Below, in pieces: positions 1-10,229 of a DNA stretch of 64,000 bases; the first letter of the stretch is position 1, and the number at the start of each line of letters is the position of its first letter. Source of the stretch: an uncultured Chryseobacterium sp. (GTDB lineage Bacteria > Bacteroidota > Bacteroidia > UBA10329); contig CAYWET010000003.1 of NCBI GenBank assembly GCA_964457245.1, positions 77,006 through 141,005 on the forward strand, in the 5' to 3' direction. Below the pieces are notes generated by a model, which did not search any database, had not been told where the DNA came from, and saw only the letters and a program-made list of their open reading frames with translations. A program made the translations under genes and the position numbers.

Positions 1-798
1 AACAATCAGCCGATCTTCGGTGCTTTCAAGGGCTCGTATCTCTTGAGGTTCCACCTCAAAAGTAAATCGCTTCCATTGCCCATTCTCCATCCAGTACACA
101 GTGTCAATTTCGTTTTCAACAGATAGGCCTACATATAGTCGATTGTTGAACCATGTACAAGCAACATACTCTCCGTTAGGAATATCACTTAGGGAGTTCC
201 AATTGGCGAAGTCGGCTAAGTTAATTCCGTTCAACAGACCGTACAATACACCCGATTCTGTTGCAGCGTACAATCGATCTCCCGATACAACAGCATCATT
301 CACTTTCAGCGCGGTTCCAGCGGAGCCGATCGAATAACTATCCTTGATTTCGTGCTTTATGATATCCATTACCACTATACCGAATCCACAAGCCAAGTAA
401 GCATAATCACCGTTAACATGGATGTTGTTTATTGTTTTCAGACCCAGTATCTGTTTGTTCTTAATGTCCGGAACATTGATGATCTGACCATCCTGAATAA
501 GGTCAATATTGGTATTGTCGTATGCTACAATCAACGTATTGTGCTCTTGACTCCATACAATGGAGGAAAAGCCAATGTCTGACAGCCCACTAACCTTAGA
601 AATCCGAACGACATCACCCTCGGTCTTATGGTGCTTGAAGAGACCGCTCTCAGTCGCTGCATAAATCCATTCGCCAGCATCAGCCACCTGAACACCTTTG
701 TTGTAAGGTAAATGATCACGCCATTGCCCAATTGCAACTTGACCGAATAAGGGGAGGCTGAATAGAACTACTGGAAGTAGAAACAAGCAGCGTGACAT
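1..798 (-). CDS. Secreted beta-propeller protein, N-terminal part (PorZ-like / two-component-regulator-propeller-like). The 3' end lies beyond the window start.
   Basis: Absent from the supplied ORF track because it runs off the window edge. My own minus-strand translation from the ATG (complement of 796-798) stays open to position 1: MSRCLFLLPVVLFSLPLFGQVAIGQWRDHLPYNKGVQVADAGEWIYAATESGLFKHHKTEGDVVRISKVSGLSDIGFSSIVWSQEHNTLIVAYDNTNIDLIQDG... It has a signal peptide followed by propeller-blade-like repeats. The family name is from memory only. Confidence 0.55.
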   Translation of the reverse strand, partial: MSRCLFLLPVVLFSLPLFGQVAIGQWRDHLPYNKGVQVADAGEWIYAATESGLFKHHKTEGDVVRISKVSGLSDIGFSSIVWSQEHNTLIVAYDNTNIDLIQDGQIINVPDIKNKQILGLKTINNIHVNGDYAYLACGFGIVVMDIIKHEIKDSYSIGSAGTALKVNDAVVSGDRLYAATESGVLYGLLNGINLADFANWNSLSDIPNGEYVACTWFNNRLYVGLSVENEIDTVYWMENGQWKRFTFEVEPQEIRALESTEDRLIV

Positions 799-935
799 CC
801 TAGTGGTAATGGTTTGAGACATACGTGACAAGTATAACTGTTGTGTGCGGAATTAACTGCAATCTGCTGAATATATTGCATGGGGTCAGCATAAGTCATT
901 TACATAGATTTGTCAGACACGCCCGCAACATCCGG

Positions 936-3872
936 ATGAACAACCTTCGATACATCGGAATCTTTTTGTTTTTGTTAACCATTGTAGGTTGCTGTTATTG
1001 GGAGGTTGCCTCTTTCAGTCATTCGCTTAAATGGGATATGCTCGATTGCTATTTCCCCTGGCGTTACGCTGCAAGCGAAAGCATCATACACGGTGCGTTC
1101 CCGTTTTGGAATCCATATCAGCATCTGGGTTATCCTATTCATGCAGATATGCGATCGGTCTTTTACCCCGAAACCTTCTTTGTTGCGCTGTTATTCGGTG
1201 GATATTCGCTCAAAACGCTACACTTTCTATTTGTCTTTTACATAGCCCTTGCCGGGCTCGGAATGTACCGTCTGAGCGAGCTGTTCGTTAAGAACCAATG
1301 GGCCAAGTTAGCGGCAGCAATAGCTTACATTTTATCGGGATATTTCGTGGGACATGGCCAAGAAATGTTTGGCATAATTGCCGCCACCTGGATTCCTTGG
1401 GTGCTGTATTATTTCATGCAGTTTCAGCAATCGCTTTCGTGGAATCATTTCTTGAAACTGCTGTTCTTCCTATTCCTTCAACTGACTGGAGGATACCAAG
1501 CTCTGAGCCTGATTCTTGCTTATTTATTGGTGCTTTTGGGTCTACTTGTAGTCATCTCGAGGTACCGGTCAGGTGGTATTAGCGGTTTGATGCCGCTGAT
1601 CAGGAAAAACCTTGTACTCCTGGGTGGACTTGTTCTGTCTCTGACGGTGTTGGCCGCTGTGTATATTCAGGTAACGCCTCATGTTTCAAGGCTTACCAGC
1701 TTAAGTTTAGAAGAGGTGCATTTTGGCGCTCTTACCTCTCAGGCGTTGCTTTCATTCATTGCGCCATTTTCAGTGGCCACCAACGCCTCTTTTTTGGGTA
1801 CAGATGTTTCCATGGCCAACGTTTATGTAGGTATGATCATACTTGCACTTTTCCTTACAGGATTGTTCTTTCCGAAGGATAAACGGCTAACGTTAATATT
1901 ACTCTTTGGGGCCGCATGCCTATTAGCCGCTCTTGGCCCAGAATTACCTGTAAGAGAGTTTCTCTATCGATACGTTCCTGGAATGAACCTGTTCAGGATG
2001 TCAAGCTTTTTCTCCTATTTCTCACAACTTGCTATTATTCTGGTTGCTGCTCATGGCCTTGATCAACTGACCTCACGTTCTTTTGGTGCAACGAAACGAT
2101 TGACATACGGTAGTCTGCTTATGCTAATCGTTGCATTGGGTGTTGCTGTTGCAACAATATTGGATAAAGCTTCAGGGCCAGACTTACTCGGTAGTTTGCT
2201 TCAAAACCCAACTTTCTCCTATTCCGAACTGAGTTACCACCAACGCCTATTGATGCATTCGGCTATTCAGTTTTGTGTATTAGCCGTATTTCTTGTTTTC
2301 ATCTTCCTAGTTCGAAAGAACCCTAGAATAATAGGCCCAACGATAGTGTTGTTCATCATTCTGGAAATGGGCATTTCAGTACGACTGAATATAGACGCCA
2401 CGGTTATTGGCCAAGAATCGCCTGTAATAGGACAACAACGGATTGACCAACAACCAAAGGGATTCCCGATTCCGAGTTTGGAGCAATCCTTACGCAGCAA
2501 TGCTCAGAACAAACCAAAGCTATCCCCGCTTTATCATAACCTCAACACGTTCACTAAAACCACAACTGTTGAGGGTTTTAATAGCTTTCAGCTAGCGCGA
2601 TTCAGTCAATTTGAGCAGAGTGAGAATCTATCGGAATCGTTAGAACGACCTCTGGTGTATTCATCCGACCCGACTGCATCCATCCGGATCGAAGAATATG
2701 AATCGAACAGCATTGTCTGTACGGTTTCTTCAGACCATCAAAATCGACTGGTGCTGCAGCAAGTGTACTATCCCGGTTGGGAAACGACTGTGGATGGTCA
2801 TTCAGTGCCAACTGAACTTCAGTACGAAACCTTTCCTGCTACAAGTCTGGATTCAGGTCATCACCTCGTGGAATTCCGCTACCAGAATCGTCATGTAATA
2901 ATCGGATTCATTATCTCGGCTATTGCCTTTATGCTGATTTTGCTGGCAGTTCTGTTTCACAACTTCAAGCAACGGCTTGGGGTCCGAAATTCTGTGCTTG
3001 GTTCAGGGCTTACAATTACGTTACTGTTGGCTCTGATGGGTTTCCAATGGTCCAAAACCTCCTCCATGGAAACGCTTCGAAATATTGAATACGCCAACCT
3101 CGTAAGCGAGCTTCAAAAGTTGAACCTCACGAATTCCAAGGTTTTTCTGCAAGTAGACAAACCAAGCCTAATGGACAGCCTACTCAATCTAGAAAAACTT
3201 GAAGCTGAAGTTGTTCTTTCTGATCTTAGAGCCTGCGTTGGTATGTCGCGTTTCTCGCGAGAGTTCCGAGGTGATGCAAACTCAAAAACGTTTGTTTACG
3301 CTGGAAGCATCCTTCCAGAAGACCAAGTTGTTCAGCAACTCATGGAAAGCGAACTGAAGCTCGTGGAATCAAAACATTTTGGCAGAGCATTCATTCATGT
3401 GTTCGAAAGAACTGCTGAAGACAAAACCTTGTTCCGCTCCTCAATCAACTTTGAAAAAGCTGACAACAATTTTGATCTAGATACCCTTGCAAAAGCTCAT
3501 TCTGGGCTGTTCGATCATGTGATCTCTACCCAACAGAACGGCAGTCCACCAATTGCATTTCGGGTTGGAGATGTGACATCGGAAAAACGAGTTAAAATGC
3601 TTTTTGGATTGTGGGCTCGAATACCAATTGAGAACCCTGGCGAGGCCAACATGTGGGTCAATGTTTCTCGAAATGGAAAGGAATTGTGGAGTGGCGTTAA
3701 AAGGATAAACGACTGCAGTATTGAAAGCGGAGAATGGTTTGAAACAATGATGTTGGCTCAGCCAGATGTTGACCTTTTGCCTGATGATGTGGTTAAAGCG
3801 TTTGTTTGGGGTGGCAGCAAAGGAGAGCTGAGGATTGACGACATGTGGCTGACGGCCTCTTCGACCGATTAG
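936..3872 (+). CDS. YfhO-family (GT-C-like) polytopic membrane protein with a large C-terminal soluble domain
   Basis: The ORF runs 825-3872. The likely start is ATG 936 (MNNLRYIGIFLFLL...), since 825 is a GTG. The first ~530 aa contain many TM helices. The N-terminal motif FPWRYAASESIIHGAFPFWNPYQHLGYPIHAD is typical of YfhO-family proteins. Confidence 0.75.
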   Translation: MNNLRYIGIFLFLLTIVGCCYWEVASFSHSLKWDMLDCYFPWRYAASESIIHGAFPFWNPYQHLGYPIHADMRSVFYPETFFVALLFGGYSLKTLHFLFVFYIALAGLGMYRLSELFVKNQWAKLAAAIAYILSGYFVGHGQEMFGIIAATWIPWVLYYFMQFQQSLSWNHFLKLLFFLFLQLTGGYQALSLILAYLLVLLGLLVVISRYRSGGISGLMPLIRKNLVLLGGLVLSLTVLAAVYIQVTPHVSRLTSLSLEEVHFGALTSQALLSFIAPFSVATNASFLGTDVSMANVYVGMIILALFLTGLFFPKDKRLTLILLFGAACLLAALGPELPVREFLYRYVPGMNLFRMSSFFSYFSQLAIILVAAHGLDQLTSRSFGATKRLTYGSLLMLIVALGVAVATILDKASGPDLLGSLLQNPTFSYSELSYHQRLLMHSAIQFCVLAVFLVFIFLVRKNPRIIGPTIVLFIILEMGISVRLNIDATVIGQESPVIGQQRIDQQPKGFPIPSLEQSLRSNAQNKPKLSPLYHNLNTFTKTTTVEGFNSFQLARFSQFEQSENLSESLERPLVYSSDPTASIRIEEYESNSIVCTVSSDHQNRLVLQQVYYPGWETTVDGHSVPTELQYETFPATSLDSGHHLVEFRYQNRHVIIGFIISAIAFMLILLAVLFHNFKQRLGVRNSVLGSGLTITLLLALMGFQWSKTSSMETLRNIEYANLVSELQKLNLTNSKVFLQVDKPSLMDSLLNLEKLEAEVVLSDLRACVGMSRFSREFRGDANSKTFVYAGSILPEDQVVQQLMESELKLVESKHFGRAFIHVFERTAEDKTLFRSSINFEKADNNFDLDTLAKAHSGLFDHVISTQQNGSPPIAFRVGDVTSEKRVKMLFGLWARIPIENPGEANMWVNVSRNGKELWSGVKRINDCSIESGEWFETMMLAQPDVDLLPDDVVKAFVWGGSKGELRIDDMWLTASSTD

Positions 3873-4802
3873 TCAATGCCGCTCTCTGATAATGTATGTT
3901 GGTCTGCGCTTGCCTTCCATGAAGGCTTTACCCACATATTCACCTAGAATACCCAGCATGATAAGTTGAACCCCACCAATGAATAGAACACTGGCCGTGG
4001 TACTTGCCCAACCTGGTATGGCGTTATCCGTGAAGGCAAAAATGTAAATGACATAGACGCCATAAATCCCGGCCAAAGCGGCAATGACCAAACCCAGAAC
4101 CATGGCCAACTGCAACGGTCGTACGCTGAAAGAGGTAATTCCAGACATGGCCAACGAGAACATTTTCCCATACGTGTAATTGGATTTTCCCGCGTATCGG
4201 TCTTTCGCTTTGAACTTGACCGAAGTCTGCCTGAAGCCTGCCCAGCTTACTAACCCTCTGAAGAACAGATACGATTCGTCCAGGTCTTTGATCACATCAA
4301 CCACCTTTCGGTCCAGCAAACGATAGTCTGCCGTTCCAGGATGAATGCGAACCGAAGTGAGTCTCTGGGCAATTCGGTAAAACAACTTCGAGGTTGTTCT
4401 TTTTAACCAAGGAAGGTCATCTCCGTCTTCGCGCTGCGTGTAAACCACCTCAAAACCTTCTTTCCACTTCTTTATAAGGTCTGGAATAATCTCTGGCGGA
4501 TGTTGCAGATCTGCATCCATGCTGATCACGCAATTGCCAATGGCATTATCCAAGCCTGCCTTCAGCGCAGCCTGATGTCCGAAGTTTCGGGAAAGTTGGA
4601 GCAGCCGTATGTTCTCATCCGATTTCTGTAGGTCTAGGATTCTCTCTGGCGTGTTGTCAGAGCTGCCATCATCCACAAAGATGAGCTCATATTTCTCGAA
4701 CGTGGATAAAACCGGTTGCAGTTGCGTGTAAAGCTCAGCGATATTCGCAGCCTCGTTGAAGCATGGTACAACAACCGATATCAGCACACTTTCCTCTGCC
4801 AT
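3873..4802 (-). CDS. GT2 polyprenol-phosphate glycosyltransferase (GtrB/CsbB/ArnC-like)
   Basis: Motifs VVVPCFNEAANI, FVDDGSSDNT and MDADLQHPPE are present, plus two C-terminal TM helices (LAMVLGLVIAALAGIYGVYVIYIF; ASVLFIGGVQLIMLGILGEYV). Confidence 0.85.
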   Translation of the reverse strand: MAEESVLISVVVPCFNEAANIAELYTQLQPVLSTFEKYELIFVDDGSSDNTPERILDLQKSDENIRLLQLSRNFGHQAALKAGLDNAIGNCVISMDADLQHPPEIIPDLIKKWKEGFEVVYTQREDGDDLPWLKRTTSKLFYRIAQRLTSVRIHPGTADYRLLDRKVVDVIKDLDESYLFFRGLVSWAGFRQTSVKFKAKDRYAGKSNYTYGKMFSLAMSGITSFSVRPLQLAMVLGLVIAALAGIYGVYVIYIFAFTDNAIPGWASTTASVLFIGGVQLIMLGILGEYVGKAFMEGKRRPTYIIRERH

Positions 4803-4825
4803 GTGGCTAAGGTAGTTTTTGGCAA

Positions 4826-6994
4826 TCAGTTTTCCTCATTCGCCCAGCCGACCACGGCCAAGTCTATCTGCCGCTTTTCGAGAGAGACAGCCAGCACCTT
4901 CACCACTACGGCATCGCCAAGGGTGTAAGAGTTTCCGGTGGTGGAACCAACTACGCTCATGGTGTCTTCATCAAAATCGTAGAAGTCGTCTGGAAGGTCG
5001 CGCAAGCGGATCATGCCTTCGCATTTGTTCTCCTTGATCTCTACAAAGATTCCCCATTCGGTTACGCCAGAAATAAGCCCTTCGAACTCATCTCCAATAT
5101 GGTCTTTGAGGAACTTGGCCTGCATGTATTTGGTACTTGCCCGCTCGGCCTCGGTGGCCTTCTTCTCCATATCGGAACTATGCAGACAGAGGTCTTCGTA
5201 ATCTTTATTGTAGGCCGATTTTCCGCCATCGAGGTAACGCTGTAGTAGCCGATGCACCATTACATCAGGGTACCTTCTGATAGGTGATGTGAAGTGCGTG
5301 TAATAATCGAACCCGAGACCGAAATGACCGATGTTGTCGGTGCTGTATTCGGCTTTAGCCATGCAACGGATTGCCAGTGTGCTGAGCATATTCTCCTCGC
5401 CTTTTCCTTTGATATCGGCTAGGAGTTTATTCAACGATTCGGTGAGGATCCTACGTGGCCCCAGCTGCACTTTATAACCTAGCTGACCAGCAATTTCCAC
5501 CAGCATTTCCAAGCGTTCCTGCTGTGGATCGTCATGAATACGATAGACAAACGTTTTTGGCTGCCCTTGCTTCGGGTTTCCGATAAAAGCGGCCACTTGC
5601 TTGTTGGCAAGCAACATAAATTCCTCAATGAGTTTGTTGCTATCCTTGTATTCCTTCAGGTAAACCTCAATCGGGTTGCCTTCATCATCCAGACGGAACT
5701 TCACTTCTTCCTTCTCGAACGCAATAGCCCCGTTGTCGAAACGCTTTTCGCGAAGTTGCTGTGCAAGGCTGTGCATGGTGAGCACCTCCTCTTTCAGCGG
5801 GCCATCTCCTCCTTCTATGATTTTCTGGGCATCATCGTACGTAAAACGTTGGTCTGAATTGATGATGCAACGCCCGAACCATTCGTTGATGACCTTGGCC
5901 TTGTCGTCCATTTCGAACACGGCAGAGAACACGAGTTTCTCTTCGTTGGGACGTAACGAACAGACCTTGTTGCTGAGTTTTTCGGGAAGCATGGGAATGA
6001 CCCTATCCACGAGATAGACCGATGTTGCACGGCTAATGGCTTCTTCATCCAACGCGGTGCCGGGTTGCACATAGTGCGAAACATCGGCAATGTGGACCCC
6101 GATCTCCCAGTTTCCGTTTTCGAGTTTTTGGATGGAGAGGGCGTCATCAAAATCCTTGGCATCATCTGGATCGATGGTGAAGGTGGTTATCTGACGGAAG
6201 TCGCGCCTCATGGCAATCTCATCTGCCGATATCACTTCAGGAATTTCGTCCGCTTCCTGCTCTACATCTTCTGGGAAGTACAGCGGGAAATCGAACTCGG
6301 CCAAGATGGAATGCATCTCGGTTTCCATGTCGCCTGGTTCGCCCAGCACGGTAACCACATGGCCAATGGGGTTGTGCGCACGCTCTGGCCAATCCATCAT
6401 TTTTACAATGACCTTGTCGCCATCTTGCGCGCCTTTCAATTCTCCTAACGGGATGAAGAAATCGACCGGCATATTGCGGTTATCGGGCACCATGAAGGCG
6501 ACCTTGCTCTTGCGGTTAATGGTGAGTTTTCCGACAAAGGTTTCGCGCGCACGCTCGAGCACCTCCACCACTTCTCCTTCTATTCTACTGCCTTTATGGT
6601 TGGCGTACACATGCACCTTGACGGTATCGCCCGGCAGTGCTTGACGCACCTTACGCGGTGAGATGCGGATATCTGTATCGAACTCGGCCACGGTGACGTA
6701 CGCGGTGCCGGTACTGGTAATATCAACTTTGCCCACCAGTTTCGGTGCGGGCTTATGCTTGAGTTGGTACTTGCCTCTTTCGACTTCGCGCACCAAGCCA
6801 TCCCCTTTCATTTGGTTGAGGGTTTGCGCCAGTTTGGCTCTTCCGTCTTTATCGGTGATCTCTAGCCGCTTGGCTATCTGTTTATAATTGAGTGCCCTGT
6901 TTGGGCTTTTTCGCATGGTTTCCAGAATGGGTTCTTGGAAAACCGATTGGGAACGGCCTTTCTTCTTACCCTTAGCTTTCTTCTTCTTTTTCAA
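4826..6994 (-). CDS. rnr: Ribonuclease R
   Basis: 722 aa. It has a Lys-rich N-terminus, an RNB core (TIDPDDAKDFDDALS; HFGLGFDYYTHFTSPIRRYPD) and a C-terminal S1 domain (GLISGVTEWGIFVEI). Confidence 0.95.
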   Translation of the reverse strand: MKKKKKAKGKKKGRSQSVFQEPILETMRKSPNRALNYKQIAKRLEITDKDGRAKLAQTLNQMKGDGLVREVERGKYQLKHKPAPKLVGKVDITSTGTAYVTVAEFDTDIRISPRKVRQALPGDTVKVHVYANHKGSRIEGEVVEVLERARETFVGKLTINRKSKVAFMVPDNRNMPVDFFIPLGELKGAQDGDKVIVKMMDWPERAHNPIGHVVTVLGEPGDMETEMHSILAEFDFPLYFPEDVEQEADEIPEVISADEIAMRRDFRQITTFTIDPDDAKDFDDALSIQKLENGNWEIGVHIADVSHYVQPGTALDEEAISRATSVYLVDRVIPMLPEKLSNKVCSLRPNEEKLVFSAVFEMDDKAKVINEWFGRCIINSDQRFTYDDAQKIIEGGDGPLKEEVLTMHSLAQQLREKRFDNGAIAFEKEEVKFRLDDEGNPIEVYLKEYKDSNKLIEEFMLLANKQVAAFIGNPKQGQPKTFVYRIHDDPQQERLEMLVEIAGQLGYKVQLGPRRILTESLNKLLADIKGKGEENMLSTLAIRCMAKAEYSTDNIGHFGLGFDYYTHFTSPIRRYPDVMVHRLLQRYLDGGKSAYNKDYEDLCLHSSDMEKKATEAERASTKYMQAKFLKDHIGDEFEGLISGVTEWGIFVEIKENKCEGMIRLRDLPDDFYDFDEDTMSVVGSTTGNSYTLGDAVVVKVLAVSLEKRQIDLAVVGWANEEN

Positions 6995-7185
6995 GTAGTT
7001 GTATTCAAATTATGGATGCAAAGGTAGGGATATTGGAAGGGGCGGAGTTAACGGGTGATGAAGTTATGAAGTAGGTATCAGTGAGTAACTAGCAAGAAAA
7101 TCAGAATACGTCCGTAAATAGGTTACTAACTTGCATCCAAGTTTTAAACCGCAAAGGGACTAAACCAAATCTAATTCAACGATTG

Positions 7186-8409
7186 ATGGAGATTTCGCTA
7201 AAAGAAGAAAGGAAACAATCAGTTGCACATCAGCTTACTCCCAAAAAATCGATACCCCATATCATTAAGTACATGGGGTCAAAACGAAGCCTAATTGATT
7301 TTCTAGCAGAGTCTTTCAACGAAATTTATGATGGAGAGCCAATCTGTGACCTGTTTGCTGGAACCGCAGTTGTTGGGGGAGCGTTTGGCGGTGGAGCCCA
7401 GATCTATTCCAATGACATACAAGAGTATTCAGCTGTACTAGCAAAAACATACCTTGGAGATTATGACTGGTCTATCTATGAAAACGTTCTTGAGAGCGTC
7501 ATAGAAATAGCTCAATCTCACGTTAGTCAAGTTCGCAGACTATACCCTGATCTCGTATTCGATTACACGGTAGATTTAGACTTCAATTCCTTTAACGCGT
7601 TAGAACAAGAACAGCAAGAACTCATCTATTTTGATTTCAATGACCTAGAGCATCACCTATTCATTAAGAATTACTCTGGAACATATTGGTCATTTGACCA
7701 GTGTCTTTGGATTGATGCTATTCGAACCGCTGCTAATAGCTACTCTGATACTCCCGTTTACAATGTAATTCTATCAAGCCTCATGTTTGCCATGGCGTAC
7801 AATGCCCAAAGTACTGGGCATTATGCCCAGTATAGAGATGCATATGATGAGGTTTCAATGAAGGATATAATTACCCATCGTAACAAGGAAATTGTCCCGT
7901 ATTTCAGACGAAAGATGGAAGAGCTGATGGCGTTTACGGAATCAAATAAATTGAACCATGTTTATTCATCCATAGACTACCGGGAATGTTTAGACCAAAT
8001 TCCTGAAGGAACTCTGGTCTATGCAGATCCTCCTTACGTATTCGTTCACTATTCAAGATTCTATCATGCTTTGGAAACTTTAGTATTGTATGACTACCCT
8101 GAGGTTAAGTACAAAGGGAGATATCGAACCGACCGTCACCAATCACCTTTTTGCAAAAGAACCGAGGTAGTGGGAGCTTTTGAAGATTTGTTTGAAAAGG
8201 TGGCTTCCAAAAATTCGAAACTTGTTTTAAGCTATTGTAATACGGGAATGATTACTTTGAATAACATTCTGGACATTGCTGCTGACAAATTGAGTGATGA
8301 GTATCGAGTATATACCAAAGAGATGGATTACCTGCACAGCACAATGGGTCGATTGAAAGATAAATCAAGAGATGTGAAAGAATATTTGGTTATTGCAGTA
8401 CCTGAGTAA
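7186..8409 (+). CDS. D12-class (Dam-like, alpha-group) N6-adenine DNA methyltransferase
   Basis: Motifs found: KYMGSKRSL (motif X-like), DLFAGTAVVGG (FxGxG, SAM binding), NDIQEY, and the catalytic ADPPY (DPPY codons at 8026-8037). About 200 aa between motif I and DPPY is a putative target-recognition region. ATG 7186 follows the track's TTG at 7183. Confidence 0.8.
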   Translation: MEISLKEERKQSVAHQLTPKKSIPHIIKYMGSKRSLIDFLAESFNEIYDGEPICDLFAGTAVVGGAFGGGAQIYSNDIQEYSAVLAKTYLGDYDWSIYENVLESVIEIAQSHVSQVRRLYPDLVFDYTVDLDFNSFNALEQEQQELIYFDFNDLEHHLFIKNYSGTYWSFDQCLWIDAIRTAANSYSDTPVYNVILSSLMFAMAYNAQSTGHYAQYRDAYDEVSMKDIITHRNKEIVPYFRRKMEELMAFTESNKLNHVYSSIDYRECLDQIPEGTLVYADPPYVFVHYSRFYHALETLVLYDYPEVKYKGRYRTDRHQSPFCKRTEVVGAFEDLFEKVASKNSKLVLSYCNTGMITLNNILDIAADKLSDEYRVYTKEMDYLHSTMGRLKDKSRDVKEYLVIAVPE

Positions 8410-8411
8410 GC

Positions 8412-10229
8412 ATGTCTGCCAAAAACGATTTTTCAAAAGTTAGGGGTTCTTGGACCAAGTTTGATTCTGTAAAAGTTTTAGCTGTGGTGTACAGCATAGA
8501 GACCCTGGAGAGGTTCAAAGCAAAACAGATTCAAATTGATGAACCAATACTTCGTTCATTTTTAGGCATTAAGTCGCTTAAAGATCCATTACCAAAATAT
8601 TGGTTGGAGATTCAAGACTACCCTCAGGAAAAAAGGCTTTTCGCACTTTTTGCCAGCTTATTCCGAAATGGCAAGGTGATACGGCTGTTTGCGGAAAAAT
8701 ATTCCAAAGGAGAAATGAAGGGTGTAATGAAGCTTGGCTCACCCCATTCAAAGCAAGAGACCAACCTCAGGAGTGCCTTAATAGAATCAGGTGCTGCAGC
8801 GTTGATTTATAGAAAGTCTGATTCGGTACCTTATGACTTCTCCCCCATATTTCAAAATCCGAAAGTGGGACGATTGTTTAAAGAGGTCTTGAAAGAAAGA
8901 GTATCGCGCATCGCGAAAAACCCTACTGAAGGTGAGTTTTATGCGGTTTGTGAGGAAAATCAATTCCACAAGGCACTTAGTCTGACAAAAACTCAGTTCC
9001 GAAACTGGCTTGAGGGTGAAACTGATATAAATTACAGTGAAACTTCAGCAAATTATCTCGATGAGATTCGAATTTCTGGGTTCTACTCGATTGGCGAAAT
9101 TATTCTCTCAGGGTTGAAGGATACCAAAGAGATATACCTACTTGGGGAAAATGGAGATGGCAAATCCTTAGTCTTGATGGCAATTTATCTTGCTTTCAAC
9201 CGACATTTCGTTTCGGAACAAACCGATCAAGAAAGTACTGGGAAAGCGGTTGATATTATAAGGGCGAACAAAGGTGTCTTCTTAGAAGCTGTCGACAGTA
9301 ATGGCAAAACCTATGGTGCTAAGAATACTGGATATCTGAGCAACCTTTTTGGATATGGAACTCACAGAGGCCGCTATTCAACCGATAATGCTGAGGAGTA
9401 TGGTTTCATGTCTCTGTTCAGTAGCGAAGAGGAACTTACAAATCCTAACTCATGGCTACGAAACCAACGGCATCTAGAATTGGAAAAAGCACTGGGCCAA
9501 AATAACATGGTTGGTGAAAACAAATCACTGCCAAAATCTTTCCCGACTGAACCCTTGTTAGCCATGTTTCATGATTTGCTGGAAAGGAATATTGAAATAA
9601 CATTTAAAGGTCCAGACGTCATTTTTAATGAAAAGGGTGCTCAACTAACTTTTGATCAATTATCTGAGGGCTACAAGAGTATATTAATCTTCGTTTCCGA
9701 CCTTCTGAAACGGCTTCAGGAAAATCAGCCAACCGTTAATGATGTTAAGAAGTTTAAGGGAATCGTAATTGTAGATGAAATTGATCTTCATCTGCACCCT
9801 AAATGGCAGAAAAACATCGTTAAAAAACTTAGGAAGCTGTTGCCGGAAGTCCAGTTTATTCTTTCCACCCACAGCCCAACTATGATTCAGGGCGCATCAA
9901 ATGACGCTGTAATTTATCGCATTTACCGAAACACTGTGGACGGAAAAACGAAAGCTTCCGAACCCTATTACCGAAATGAGCTAAACTACATGATGGTAAA
10001 CACACTACTTACCTCCTCTTTGTTTGGTTTGGACAATTCCCGATTGGATAATGAGAATCAAAATTCAGATACAAGCGAAACCTATTTGCTATACCGAATC
10101 AACGAGATTATTTCTGAAAAACTGGAGCAGGAGAAAAGGGATGGCAAGGAGTTTATCAGTGACGATACGATAGATGAATTAATCAAGAAGGCCATTGACC
10201 AAGAACTTGGAAAAAATGATCAAAATTGA
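8412..10229 (+). CDS. ABC-type (AAA_21/PtuA-like) ATPase with an unassigned ~240-aa N-terminal domain
   Basis: Walker A GENGDGKS (9144-9167), ABC signature LSEGY (9660-9674), Walker B IVIVDEIDLHLHP (from 9762) and H-loop LSTHSP. The start ATG is 2 nt after the methyltransferase stop (TAA gc ATG). Confidence 0.75.
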   Translation: MSAKNDFSKVRGSWTKFDSVKVLAVVYSIETLERFKAKQIQIDEPILRSFLGIKSLKDPLPKYWLEIQDYPQEKRLFALFASLFRNGKVIRLFAEKYSKGEMKGVMKLGSPHSKQETNLRSALIESGAAALIYRKSDSVPYDFSPIFQNPKVGRLFKEVLKERVSRIAKNPTEGEFYAVCEENQFHKALSLTKTQFRNWLEGETDINYSETSANYLDEIRISGFYSIGEIILSGLKDTKEIYLLGENGDGKSLVLMAIYLAFNRHFVSEQTDQESTGKAVDIIRANKGVFLEAVDSNGKTYGAKNTGYLSNLFGYGTHRGRYSTDNAEEYGFMSLFSSEEELTNPNSWLRNQRHLELEKALGQNNMVGENKSLPKSFPTEPLLAMFHDLLERNIEITFKGPDVIFNEKGAQLTFDQLSEGYKSILIFVSDLLKRLQENQPTVNDVKKFKGIVIVDEIDLHLHPKWQKNIVKKLRKLLPEVQFILSTHSPTMIQGASNDAVIYRIYRNTVDGKTKASEPYYRNELNYMMVNTLLTSSLFGLDNSRLDNENQNSDTSETYLLYRINEIISEKLEQEKRDGKEFISDDTIDELIKKAIDQELGKNDQN

